DNA of 64,000 bases from the NCBI GenBank assembly GCA_963666285.1, contig OY762711.1. One strand, given 5' to 3'. Numbering within the stretch: the first letter of the stretch is position 1; every line of letters begins with the position of its first letter. This document shows, piece after piece, positions 9,189 to 19,110 of this stretch. The notes under the pieces are model-generated. The model made no database searches and was not told where the DNA came from. It saw only the letters and a program-made list of their open reading frames with translations. The translations under genes and the position numbers were made by a program. Origin of the DNA: Sedimentisphaerales bacterium (GTDB lineage Bacteria; Planctomycetota; Phycisphaerae; Sedimentisphaerales; SM23-30).

Positions 9189-10481
9189 CTACTTTTTAAG
9201 ATTAAAGGCCTTGCATAAATCGTCAATAATTTCCTGACTCATCGCAATATGCCCGCCAATAGGCTGCGCATCGAGGACCGCCTCTGCCGAACAATCCAGC
9301 ACTTCCAGTTTATCGAATGCCGCCAGGATACTGTCGCCGACCACCATAACACCGTTATTGCACAACACCGCCGCCGGTGAATTTAATGTTAAGGTCGAGG
9401 TCAGCTTTTCAATATCATTGAATGATGTCTCAAACGGCAGCAAACTAACATCCCGGACAAAAACATAGCTTTCAGGGATCGTATAGGTATCTATAGTTTT
9501 ATGACAGACACTGAACGCCATTGCATTTATCGGCAGAGCATTAATTATGGCATTCACTTCCGGCTGGGCTTCATAAATAGCCTTATGAGAAAGCACCGCA
9601 CGACTTGGTGTCTTGCCGAATTCGGCCTTGCCCTTCCGAATCATTACGATTTCCTCTGGCCGAACATCATGACGGTCCAAAGGAAAAGGCGTTATCAAAA
9701 ATCTGTTCTCATCAATACGTGCCGAAAACGTACCTGTTGTCGTTGTCAATAGCCGCTGCCGATATCCACGCTCGATAAACTCACACATCTCATTTCGAAG
9801 CTGCTTCTCTAAAATACACATCATTGTCGGATCATACTCAAATGAGTCCAGCTGCACTCTCTTGCTCTGCAGTTGAAGCTGCTGATCGGTTAAAAGCTTA
9901 GGTTCTCCGATTGCAGCTGCCTTGATATATATCTTGCAGCACATTTCCAGGGTTTCAAATTTCTGAAATGAATCCTGCAGGGTTTTACCGCCGCAGCAGA
10001 CACCATGATTTTCCAAAATTACTGAATCAAAACCCTCTCGAAATTTATCAGCTATTTTTCGGCCCAGATCATCGCTGCCCGGCACACCATATGGTGCAAA
10101 ATCTACCGTACCGTTTGAACGCCAGGCCTGTTGAAACAACTTCGTGTCAGGCACCTTATGGGCAATCGAAAAGGCCACCAGTGCCATCGGATGAGCATGA
10201 ACAATGGCCTTTATATCTGGACGAATCTCGTAGATCGCTTTATGGAACGGCCATTCACTGGACGGACGATGCAAACCCTCGATTTCTCCGCCTGACCGAA
10301 TACATACTATATCACTCGGCGTCAGCGAACCCTTGTCAATCCCGGTCGGAGTTATCCAGATATCGCCATTTTCATCCTTAATAGACAAATTTCCGCCTGA
10401 TGTCGTTGTCATCTTATAATTATATATTCGCTTCATTGTCAGCACTAACTCATCACGAGGGTGCAAATATTCATATTTCAT
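9189..10481 (-). CDS. Class II aldolase/adducin family protein with two tandem domains
   Basis: SGGNLS, PSSEWPFH, VHAHP and LENHG in domain 1; second copy TTTTGTFS...PSRAVLSH. Confidence 0.88.
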   Translation of the reverse strand: MKYEYLHPRDELVLTMKRIYNYKMTTTSGGNLSIKDENGDIWITPTGIDKGSLTPSDIVCIRSGGEIEGLHRPSSEWPFHKAIYEIRPDIKAIVHAHPMALVAFSIAHKVPDTKLFQQAWRSNGTVDFAPYGVPGSDDLGRKIADKFREGFDSVILENHGVCCGGKTLQDSFQKFETLEMCCKIYIKAAAIGEPKLLTDQQLQLQSKRVQLDSFEYDPTMMCILEKQLRNEMCEFIERGYRQRLLTTTTGTFSARIDENRFLITPFPLDRHDVRPEEIVMIRKGKAEFGKTPSRAVLSHKAIYEAQPEVNAIINALPINAMAFSVCHKTIDTYTIPESYVFVRDVSLLPFETSFNDIEKLTSTLTLNSPAAVLCNNGVMVVGDSILAAFDKLEVLDCSAEAVLDAQPIGGHIAMSQEIIDDLCKAFNLKK

Positions 10482-10960
10482 TTTTGTATTCCTTCAAAAT
10501 TAAGGTGACCTCATGTATTTCCACAGGTTGCCTTAAGTACTATAAGTGACTGATTTTAACACCTTGTCTTGCTCAAACACTTTTAATACATCTTGTCATA
10601 TTGATAATTATAGCCTGCCGCCCAAAGTCTTTCCTTAAATAAGCATTTGTACCTTATGTCTTTTAAACTGACAACCGGTCAGTTTGAGTAAAAATGTAAA
10701 TTTCACTTTATAGCGGCATTTCGCATCATTTAATTTAGTGCATCGGTTTCAAATATGCAAGATTTTTCATCGAAAGATTAATACCATAAAAACACCCGTA
10801 CTATCAGCAATATCCCCGACACTAAACCTGGAAGTATGACCGCCAACCATAAACTAAATGACCTGATACCGAATCAGGTACAATCGACTTCCCAACCATA
10901 ACAAAACAAACCATTCTCCGGATATTTTTTGATCCGCTAATCAAAATCTGAATCCGCAAC

Positions 10961-11001
10961 AAAAAAACAGCTGTGAGAAACCGGCTAAAGCTCTCACAGC
11001 T
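10961..11001 (-). terminator. Intrinsic terminator after the Cys-rich peptide gene
   Basis: AGCTGTGAGA/TCTCACAGCT stem plus T-run on the minus strand. Confidence 0.75.
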
Positions 11002-11026
11002 CAATTATTACAAAAAGCAACAGGTA

Positions 11027-11221
11027 CTATTTACCGCAGCAACGACCGCCACATACTAAACTACAACCTTCAGTGTCTATCGGCTGATCAACAGATACAC
11101 ATACTGCAGATTGAATTTCGGCTTCCGGGGTCAATTCCAGCCCGACCTTACCCAGCTCAGATAATGCGTTCATTGCAGATACAATAGCCAGCGAATGAAT
11201 TACAACATCTTTTATATTCAT
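11027..11221 (-). CDS. 64-aa small protein with Cys-rich C-terminus (possible RiPP precursor or metal-binding peptide)
   Basis: GAAAGGA RBS before ATG 11221; MNIKDVVIHSLAIVSAMNALSELGK...EGCSLVCGGRCCGK; own terminator. Confidence 0.7.
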   Translation of the reverse strand: MNIKDVVIHSLAIVSAMNALSELGKVGLELTPEAEIQSAVCVSVDQPIDTEGCSLVCGGRCCGK

Positions 11222-11468
11222 AATTAATTTCCTTTCAAAAATAAATTTCAACTTCGATCCTGTTTACACTTACAGAATTAACAGACACATTTTCAACCAT
11301 GTCATTAACGGTTCTATCAAAATTCACTTTACACTTCGCATCAAAGCATGCCGCACTTTTCAATATTCGTTTTAACTTAATTTGATCGGACTTTGCGTAT
11401 AATACCGCACAAACAAAAGCACGCAAGCCTTCTCAAACTCAATAAAATCTCTCTTCACAAATATGGCC

Positions 11469-11480
11469 AACTGTTACAAA
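11469..11480 (-). promoter_or_regulatory. TTTGTAACAGTT motif facing the Cys-rich peptide gene
   Basis: Exact inverted partner of 11820-11831; TGTAAC resembles an ECF -35 element. Confidence 0.45.
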
Positions 11481-11819
11481 CAAAGAGCAAAAAAATGATT
11501 TTTTTGAATAAAATATCCGACTCGATACGTTTTAAATAATGGTGACCTCTGGAAATTGCTTTTGATGTTTGTGATTTCGCAAAAATGACGATATAATTTA
11601 ATAATGACAGCGTTTTCTTAATTAATGGCATAAAACCACCAATGGGCATACCATTTCTGGAGAACGCAATAAAATAAGTGCGGCTAAATTTTTATCGTAA
11701 CAATCACAGGACAAAAGCGTATAATATTATGATACAGCTTTAGTTATCTATTATAATTTAATAAATCAAACGTTGTTTTTTGACTTTTTTTCAATTTTTT
11801 AATAAAAAATCAGCCGTTT

Positions 11820-11831
11820 TTTGTAACAGTT
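11820..11831 (+). promoter_or_regulatory. TTTGTAACAGTT motif facing the propeptide/regulator genes
   Basis: Exact inverted partner of 11469-11480, about 70 nt upstream of ATG 11899. Confidence 0.45.
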
Positions 11832-11898
11832 CGGATTACTTATAAGAAACAATGTAATTAAAATTCATATTATTCACTAATTACAGGGAAACATTATT

Positions 11899-12054
11899 AT
11901 GAATAAAATTTGTAAAACATTAGGAATAAGGAAGTTAGCAAGCTTACTTGGATCATTCATATCAAAGCCGCTCATAATCACTTTGATTATTGCTGCCTTG
12001 ATTTTGTTTTCCAATGCAGCTTTGCTGGCTGGTGACGGTTCCGGTATGAACTAA
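11899..12054 (+). CDS. 51-aa putative secreted propeptide (signal peptide plus short polar tail GDGSGMN); not in the ORF track
   Basis: AGGGAA before ATG; MNKICKTLGIRKLASLLGSFISKPLIITLIIAALILFSNAALLAGDGSGMN. Confidence 0.65.
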   Translation: MNKICKTLGIRKLASLLGSFISKPLIITLIIAALILFSNAALLAGDGSGMN

Positions 12055-12145
12055 CATTTTCTCTAAATCTGGATTAGTTAATTCTGGGGTTCGATCGAAG
12101 TATTCGAAAAAATATAATTAACTAATACCATGGATGGAGGTCCAT

Positions 12146-13744
12146 ATGAATAATAATATTAAGCAAAATCGAATACAAAATGCTCTTGGCTATCTTAAAG
12201 ATCAGACCTTTGAGCAGCTGACAGATTTGCTTCAAATTCATATATCTGATAAATATATTTCCATGTTATCCAAAAATCTGGCTTCTGACAGTATCGATAA
12301 GTTTATCTCCAAAAATATGAGAAGCCTAAGTAATAACCTGCAGCCTGACACTGAATCTATCGAAGATGATTCTATATATCTATCTATCATGTTCGCGTAC
12401 CCGCATCTTATGCGTACCAGGACACCTGATGATATTACTTTCGGTACACAGGCCAATGAAGTTATTGATGAAACTATAGTCGTCAATTCCGACAACAAAA
12501 ATGAAAATAACAGCGTCAGCGAAAGACGCGCAAGCATTGTGGATATTGCCGATAAAATCTTTGATAAAAAATATCTCTCAAGCAAAATTACCCGGGCAAA
12601 ACATCAGGTTGAAGTTGCCTGCGGGTTATCATTGCTGGTTGGCAATGCCGGTAATAGAACAAATTTCATTGAGACATTAATTAATAACGGAGAGCTGAAA
12701 ATTGACTGCATAAGAAAAGCTTTGGCCCTGGAAGGTATTACTACAACTAATGTCACAATCAAGAGAACTTATGAAACACTGCGTAAACTATACCGCGAGG
12801 AGATGGCGATGGATATAAATCATGCAATAACTAACAACCTTGAATCTCTGAAGATGTTTTATAAAGAACTTCTGAAAGATGATCAGGATCCGGAATTGCG
12901 TGAACTTTGCGGGTATGCCCTTATCGGGCTTGTCAGGGAATTAGCCGGTGAAGCGTTTGAAACTATCCAAAATTGTAAATCTTATACCGCCGGACAGAGC
13001 GGCAGCCCTGACGCCGAAACTGCTAATGATATTATCCTGGATTTCTTAAGAATATATGTAGCTGACGACCAGGAAGGTACCTCGCCTGTTGAAGATATGG
13101 CTTTTGCAATTTCTGATAACATGGCCCCTTATACAAAAGCGATTGCCGGGGCACGGTCTATCTGCACGCTTCTCGGTAAAGACTCCTATGGCGGACTGTC
13201 CATTATGGCGTCAGTTGCGATCATGGCATACGAGATGATGGAACCTGACGAATATAATATGTTCTTTGCCCAGGTAAGAGAAAAAATGATGATGCTCGAC
13301 AAAAATGAAGTCGATGCAATTCGAGAAAAATACAGCGGCTTTAGCTTGAAAACACTGGATTACTTTTTTAACACAACATCATATAATCCGGCAACTAAAT
13401 ATCACGAAGCTGCTGTCATCCGGATGTCAGAATCAGAAAATGCTGACGATTTGATTGATAAAGCATGGAATTGTATCTCCTTGTTTAACGACGACATTGA
13501 CAGTATTCCTGCTCATGCGAGCATACTTGCAGAATTTGCCGGCGTTGCTTTCAAAGCCGGTATGATTGAACGGTCAAAAGACGCATGGCAGAAGGTTTTC
13601 AAACTTGGTTATGAAAATGCAATGGAAGTGGTTATTAACCATAAAAACGGTCAGAGCAACCAGGCTATAGTCCAGGCTGTTCAGGAATCTGCAATTGCAT
13701 TTAACCTGGTTCAGGAAAATGATATCATCGATGCCGGAAATTAA
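12146..13744 (+). CDS. Hypothetical helical protein with sigma4/HTH-like segment and C-terminal TPR-like helices
   Basis: GGAGG RBS; IRKALALEGITTTNVTIKRTYETLRKLYREEM resembles sigma region 4; ILAEFAGVAFKAGMIERSKDAWQKVFKL is TPR-like. Confidence 0.55.
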   Translation: MNNNIKQNRIQNALGYLKDQTFEQLTDLLQIHISDKYISMLSKNLASDSIDKFISKNMRSLSNNLQPDTESIEDDSIYLSIMFAYPHLMRTRTPDDITFGTQANEVIDETIVVNSDNKNENNSVSERRASIVDIADKIFDKKYLSSKITRAKHQVEVACGLSLLVGNAGNRTNFIETLINNGELKIDCIRKALALEGITTTNVTIKRTYETLRKLYREEMAMDINHAITNNLESLKMFYKELLKDDQDPELRELCGYALIGLVRELAGEAFETIQNCKSYTAGQSGSPDAETANDIILDFLRIYVADDQEGTSPVEDMAFAISDNMAPYTKAIAGARSICTLLGKDSYGGLSIMASVAIMAYEMMEPDEYNMFFAQVREKMMMLDKNEVDAIREKYSGFSLKTLDYFFNTTSYNPATKYHEAAVIRMSESENADDLIDKAWNCISLFNDDIDSIPAHASILAEFAGVAFKAGMIERSKDAWQKVFKLGYENAMEVVINHKNGQSNQAIVQAVQESAIAFNLVQENDIIDAGN

Positions 13745-14077
13745 AGTTTCTGCTCGATAACATAAACTTAAATCAATATAAATTACCTTTTCGCACTTTC
13801 CACCTTGGAATGTGCACGCCCAAAAGGCAGCGTGAAGCATTAAAAATAAAATATAACGTGTGACAGCTTATCCTGGAATCCCGTACTTAACCTGGCAAAG
13901 GATATCAGGGGACAGCCAAACACATAAATCTCTCACTTTTATACTTCGCATCTTTTCAAGGCAATAAAACCTTCCGTTTACCGGTGCGCCTTGAAATAGT
14001 GTGCCGCACAAAATTGCAAAAAAAATATGAGCTGATTCTGAAACAGCCTGTAGACAAAATTGAAAGGATATATAATT

Positions 14078-15967
14078 ATGAATGCTAAAATATATATACA
14101 GACGTTTATTTTGATAGTATCTCTGGCAGGAAGTCAATTATACGGCCAGTTAAATGATTCTGTCCCGCCGATTCCTGGCCAGGAAGAGCCTGAAATATTA
14201 AACCAGGGACCTATCCATGAAGCGTTCGCCCAACCGGTCGAACTGGTAACCGAGTCAGGCATTGTCTCACCGCAAGAGCCGCCCGACGATATCATAGAAG
14301 ATCCTGCCGAGGAAAAACCCGAAAGCTCCAGATATGTCTGGATACCCGGATACTGGGCCTGGGACTCCGAGCGAAGCGATTACGTCTGGATCAGCGGCTG
14401 CTGGAGAATTACCCCGGTAGGCATGTCATGGGTACCGGGCTACTGGGACGAAATTTCTACCGGCTGGCAATGGGTACCGGGATTCTGGATATCCACTACC
14501 CAGGCCGAACAGATCAAATACCTGCCCGAACCACCGGCAATTGCCGAAACTGAACCACCGGTAACTGTCGTTGAGACTGAGAAAATCTGGGTGCCGCCCT
14601 GCTATTACTGGCACCAAAATAATTATATCCTCCGAGCCGGATATTGGCTCGACCCGCGGGATAATTGGGTATGGGTTCCATCCCATTACTCCTGGACACC
14701 GCATGGATATGTTTTTGTCTCTGGATACTGGGATTACGCTTTGGAAACACGAGGCATCTTGTATGCACCTGTTTACTTCCCAAGACGCTTCCATAGACCT
14801 CATAGATACACTTACTCATTGGGTGTTGTCGTGAATATCAGAAATCTTGAATTCAGCCTGTTCAGCCACCCGCGTTACTGCCATTATTATTTCGGTGATT
14901 ACTACAGCGACTTTTATGTCAGTATCGGAATTTTCCCATGGTTTGAATTCAAGAAACGGCACGGTTGGTACGATCCGATCTACGAACATAAACGCTGTCG
15001 ACACCGTCGAAAAGATCCGCATTGGGGCGATCATATCCGACATGAATATGAACTCCGGCGAACAGATGCTAAACGACGTCCGCCACGAACCTATCGCGAA
15101 ATTAAATCTCGACACTTACAATCGCCTAAAGATCATCGTAACGATTTTCGATTCGTTGAACCGGTTAAGTCATATACCAAAAAGAAGGATACACCATTTA
15201 AGTCCTACAGAATGGACCACAAGGAACGTCTGAAAATCGTTGGCCATGCAGACAGGGTAAATAAATCCCGTCAGCAGCGAAGAACGCTGGAGTCACATCG
15301 GTCCGCTCCGACATTCGAAAGGTCATCTAATAAATCCCATCCATCGGAAAGAAAAATGTCTGAAAAGAGTTCACGCACTACAAGTCCTGCAAGGCGAGAC
15401 CGAACTACACCTCCGACCAGGATTCAACCGGCACCACAAAGAAAAACACAAACCGACTCACCTGCCAGAAATCGAACGACTCCGGCAACCAAAACCAGAA
15501 CTGACTCGCCAACCAGAACCCAACCAACGCCACAACGAAAAACGCAGCCTGACTCGCCAACCGAGGCCAGGCCTGCACCATCATCAAAATCTAAGCCTGA
15601 CAATTCGTCCAAGACACGGTCCAACTCTCCGACCAGATTCCGGCCGGCTCCTCCAACAAACTCCCGGTCAGTTGCACCTGCCAGAGTCCAGCCTAACTCA
15701 TCAACCAAGTCTCAACCTTCATCACCAGCCAAAGTTAAACAGCCGACCAAACAATCATCAGAAAAACAAAAAAGCAATAAGAATATTTCTCCGAGACAGC
15801 AATATTATTCAAAATCATCTAATAAAGAAAAAAGTTCCAGCAGCAGTTCCCAGAACAAAACTACTTCAAAGCCAGAAAGAAACTCGCAACCACAACAGCG
15901 TAAAGATTCTGACAAAAAGGATAAAAAACAAAAAAGCGGAAGAGGTGTAGGCCGCTGGCATAGATAA
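14078..15967 (+). CDS. Secreted WXXGXW/YXWGXW-repeat protein with basic Pro/Ser/Thr-rich tail
   Basis: Signal peptide; GPIHEAFA; WIPGYW, WISGCW, WVPGYW and WVPGFW repeats. Confidence 0.85.
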   Translation: MNAKIYIQTFILIVSLAGSQLYGQLNDSVPPIPGQEEPEILNQGPIHEAFAQPVELVTESGIVSPQEPPDDIIEDPAEEKPESSRYVWIPGYWAWDSERSDYVWISGCWRITPVGMSWVPGYWDEISTGWQWVPGFWISTTQAEQIKYLPEPPAIAETEPPVTVVETEKIWVPPCYYWHQNNYILRAGYWLDPRDNWVWVPSHYSWTPHGYVFVSGYWDYALETRGILYAPVYFPRRFHRPHRYTYSLGVVVNIRNLEFSLFSHPRYCHYYFGDYYSDFYVSIGIFPWFEFKKRHGWYDPIYEHKRCRHRRKDPHWGDHIRHEYELRRTDAKRRPPRTYREIKSRHLQSPKDHRNDFRFVEPVKSYTKKKDTPFKSYRMDHKERLKIVGHADRVNKSRQQRRTLESHRSAPTFERSSNKSHPSERKMSEKSSRTTSPARRDRTTPPTRIQPAPQRKTQTDSPARNRTTPATKTRTDSPTRTQPTPQRKTQPDSPTEARPAPSSKSKPDNSSKTRSNSPTRFRPAPPTNSRSVAPARVQPNSSTKSQPSSPAKVKQPTKQSSEKQKSNKNISPRQQYYSKSSNKEKSSSSSSQNKTTSKPERNSQPQQRKDSDKKDKKQKSGRGVGRWHR

Positions 15968-16215
15968 TCTACATAATAACCAATCAGTTTAACTTAATTT
16001 GTTTTAATATATTTTATGTTAAATTTCGCACTGCAAACCTTTAAACATTATTCATACTCCAACCGACTCAAACTGTCTACCGGGCAGTTTGAGTTATTAT
16101 TTTGTAGCATTATTTACATAAATAAGGTACGATATCGCCTAATGAATAATTTAATCGGGATATGCAGTTGGTCTATCCCATTCGACATCAATCTACTAAT
16201 TGAAAGGCAGGTAAC

Positions 16216-17469
16216 ATGAAACATAAATACTGCGGTTTACTCAAAATTGCTTCAGTCTTGTTGCTCTTCTTTACAATATGCCTGACCGGCTGCGAAAAGA
16301 AAACAGATGAAACTTCCAGTCCGCCGGATAATGAATCTTCTGCCAATAATACCGCTGCAGAAAATGACGTCAAACAGCTTGACCCTGAAAAAGCATTTGT
16401 TTCTGCCCCGGATGTCTCTATTGCTGCTCTAAAGGAAATCAAAGCTGACCAACTCGAAATGAAAGATCCTCCTTCTTTTGTCAGACGTATGAAACGTAAT
16501 AATAAAGAATCACTTAAAATGGGTACTATCAGTTTGGGTGAACATCAATATATGGTCCTGCTCGGCGATAACACCAGCTATGAATTCCATATTCAGGATG
16601 TTAATAAAGACCAGGCCCCTTACTGGTGGGGATCATGGAGCCTTCACTCCAGGCACCTGCTGAAAGGCAAGTATTATGAATTCAAACTGATTGAAAACGG
16701 CACCAAAATTGCCGGCAGACCATATACCGGCGAGTTTGGTATATTTAAGCTTGGCAAAGGCGAAAGAAACATCGAAAAAATGGAGATGAACGGTTCAATC
16801 GAACAAACCGGCGATGTTGGAGCACCTGTCGGCGATCTATCTAAACTCATGTGGCCTGACCCTGTTGCGGAATGCTCTGTACCGGTCGGCGACTATACCG
16901 CTAACCTTATGAGCGTCGTATATGACGATCTGAAAATCGATATTTCTCATAACTACTATACCAATGTCAAGGGACAATCTGCCACGAAAAACGTCGTTTA
17001 CGGCATGCAGGTACGAAAGGATAAACCCTACATACTTGATTTCTCAAATGAACCAGCAATTATCTTCGAATCGCCCAAAAATGACGGAGATACATATTCG
17101 CTTGGCAATGAAATAAAGTTTTCCGCGGTTTTGATTGATCCAAAACTCGATATCATGATTAGAGGTTTGGACGACACCTCCCAAAAAGTAGAAAAAGAAT
17201 ACAAGGATAATGACGGCAATGTAATCCACACCGCTAAAATATCCAAGTCACTTGACCCCAAGGTAGTCGTCACCCGTTCTAACGGCGAGGTTGTAGGAGA
17301 GGGCGTTATGCCCTTTGGCTGAGGCGGCACATGCGGGTATGCGTGGCGCATACCGGAAGACCTGAAACTTAACGGCGACAGCGAAGAATTTACAGTGACC
17401 GTTACCTACGAAACTAAGATACTGTACGGTAACGTTTCTGCTCAGCGAAAAATTAAAATTACCAAATAG
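16216..17469 (+). CDS. Lipoprotein, candidate selenoprotein (in-frame UGA at 17320-17322; 417 aa if read through)
   Basis: LTGC lipobox; frame continues MPFG-U-GGTCGYAWRIPEDLKL...KIKITK to TAG 17469, then a terminator. Confidence 0.75.
17323..17356 (+). promoter_or_regulatory. Candidate bacterial SECIS element
   Basis: GGTATGCG-TGG-CGCATACC perfect 8-bp stem beginning 13 nt after the UGA, with a G-containing apical loop. Confidence 0.65.
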
Positions 17470-17512
17470 TTAATTTCATCTCAATTTAACATAACAATTG
17501 ACTCAACCACAT

Positions 17513-17543
17513 GCCGCCTGAGATTATCTCAGGCGGTTTTTTT
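17513..17543 (+). terminator. Intrinsic terminator
   Basis: CCGCCTGAG/CTCAGGCGG stem followed by TTTTTTT. Confidence 0.85.
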
Positions 17544-17814
17544 ATTACTATTGCCAACTTTCGCTATTTTCAGAGGTTGCCTTAATTGTAAGCAACGCTC
17601 AAATGGAACCAGATGAAGGTACCATACAAATCCTGCGGCTAATATCACAAATGATGCTATATATAGAATTAAATTTACATAAAAATACAAAATATCACCG
17701 ACAAAACCGCCCCTTATACTGAAAAGCTCTTGTAACCTTATCAATATTAATTAAAATAAAACCAGGTATAATCTTTTATGAAAACAACCGACACACCCGG
17801 ATAAAAGGAATATA

Positions 17815-18624
17815 ATGAATATCAATAAAACAAAACTTATCTATTTCTCGCCAACTGAAACAACTAAAAAGGTCATGGAAGGTGTCGCCGCCGGAATAAA
17901 TGCCGACAGCACCGAACATCTTAACCTGACCTCACCACAAAATACCGAAAAAATCTTATCAACTTCTCCAGACGAACTCGTAATCATCGGCGCTCCTGTT
18001 TATGCCGGACGACTGCCGAACGATGCCGTCAAACGATTCAGACAGATCAAAGCTGACAACACACCCGCCGTACTGATCGTTGTTTACGGCAACAGAGAAT
18101 TCGAAGATGCTCTGCTGGAACTAAAAGACCTCGCAATTGAATTAGGATTCTGCCCCATAGCTGCCGGTGCGTTTATCGGCGAACATTCTTTTGCCACAAA
18201 CGACATCCCAATCGCCAATGGTCGACCCGATTCTACTGACCTCCAAAAGGCAAAAGAATTTGGAACGAAGATCAACGAAATTGTCACTTCCATAAATGAA
18301 ACTGACAAAAATATCGATTTGCCAATACCCGGCAATTATCCACATCGAAACGGGGCACAGCCGATGGGATTCGCACCGGCCGTCAATAAAGATACCTGTA
18401 CCAAATGCGGCCTGTGTGTCACGGTATGCCCGACTGCTGCGATATCGCTCAACGATTCCATCCAAACTGCAGTAGATTTGTGCATTCAATGCTGTGCCTG
18501 CATTAAAAAATGTCCGGTCGATGCATTGTCTTGGCAGGACGATAAAATCACAGGCATAGCCCATCGTTTGAATTCTAATTGCCAGACACGCAAAGAACCC
18601 CAATATTTCGGCATAAACAAATAA
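17815..18624 (+). CDS. Flavodoxin-like plus 2x[4Fe-4S] ferredoxin protein (EFR1-like)
   Basis: YFSPTETTKK, PVYAGR, VVYGNR; CTKCGLCVTVCP and CIQCCACIKKCP. Confidence 0.88.
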   Translation: MNINKTKLIYFSPTETTKKVMEGVAAGINADSTEHLNLTSPQNTEKILSTSPDELVIIGAPVYAGRLPNDAVKRFRQIKADNTPAVLIVVYGNREFEDALLELKDLAIELGFCPIAAGAFIGEHSFATNDIPIANGRPDSTDLQKAKEFGTKINEIVTSINETDKNIDLPIPGNYPHRNGAQPMGFAPAVNKDTCTKCGLCVTVCPTAAISLNDSIQTAVDLCIQCCACIKKCPVDALSWQDDKITGIAHRLNSNCQTRKEPQYFGINK

Positions 18625-18896
18625 TACAATAAGTACATCATCTAAAAATACACAAAATCTATGCAAAATAGGTCGTGGTCCTAGCATTAAACACTTGCCG
18701 GCATTCAAAACGATACTATGCATAGAATCATTTTTAGAAAACAGCAATACTATCATCTGTAAAATGCCTGATTTTTCCGAAAATTGAATAATACAATAAG
18801 TTTGCCTATGTTAACTGTAAGTATGACATTCTCCAGAAACTCTCCACCAATAATCAAATAAATCTATTGTCATACGATACTTGATTTATATAATAA

Positions 18897-19059
18897 AGGG
18901 TACTTCTAGAAATTGCTTTTGTTGCGAAAGTGAGGAGTTTTGTTTGCTGGCAAGAAAGGTAAAATCGTGCATATTGGGCTATATTCGCGGTTTTATCTGA
19001 CGCAGACCAGCAAGCAAAAGATCCATCTTTCGCTAAAAATGAATTTTTAGAGGTGCCCT
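18897..19059. mobile_element. MITE-like non-autonomous palindromic element (163 bp)
   Basis: 18-bp TIRs AGGGTACTTCTAGAAATT / AATTTTTAGAGGTGCCCT (15/18) with nested internal inverted segments. Confidence 0.7.
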
Positions 19060-19110
19060 AATATATTCTTAACAAATTAATCGGTATCATTCAAATAAAG
19101 GAAGGTCTAC

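Noticed and set aside
11235..11649. Two 63-64 aa minus-strand ORFs between the peptide genes
   Set aside because: No RBS or protein-like features; likely chance ORFs in an AT-rich regulatory region
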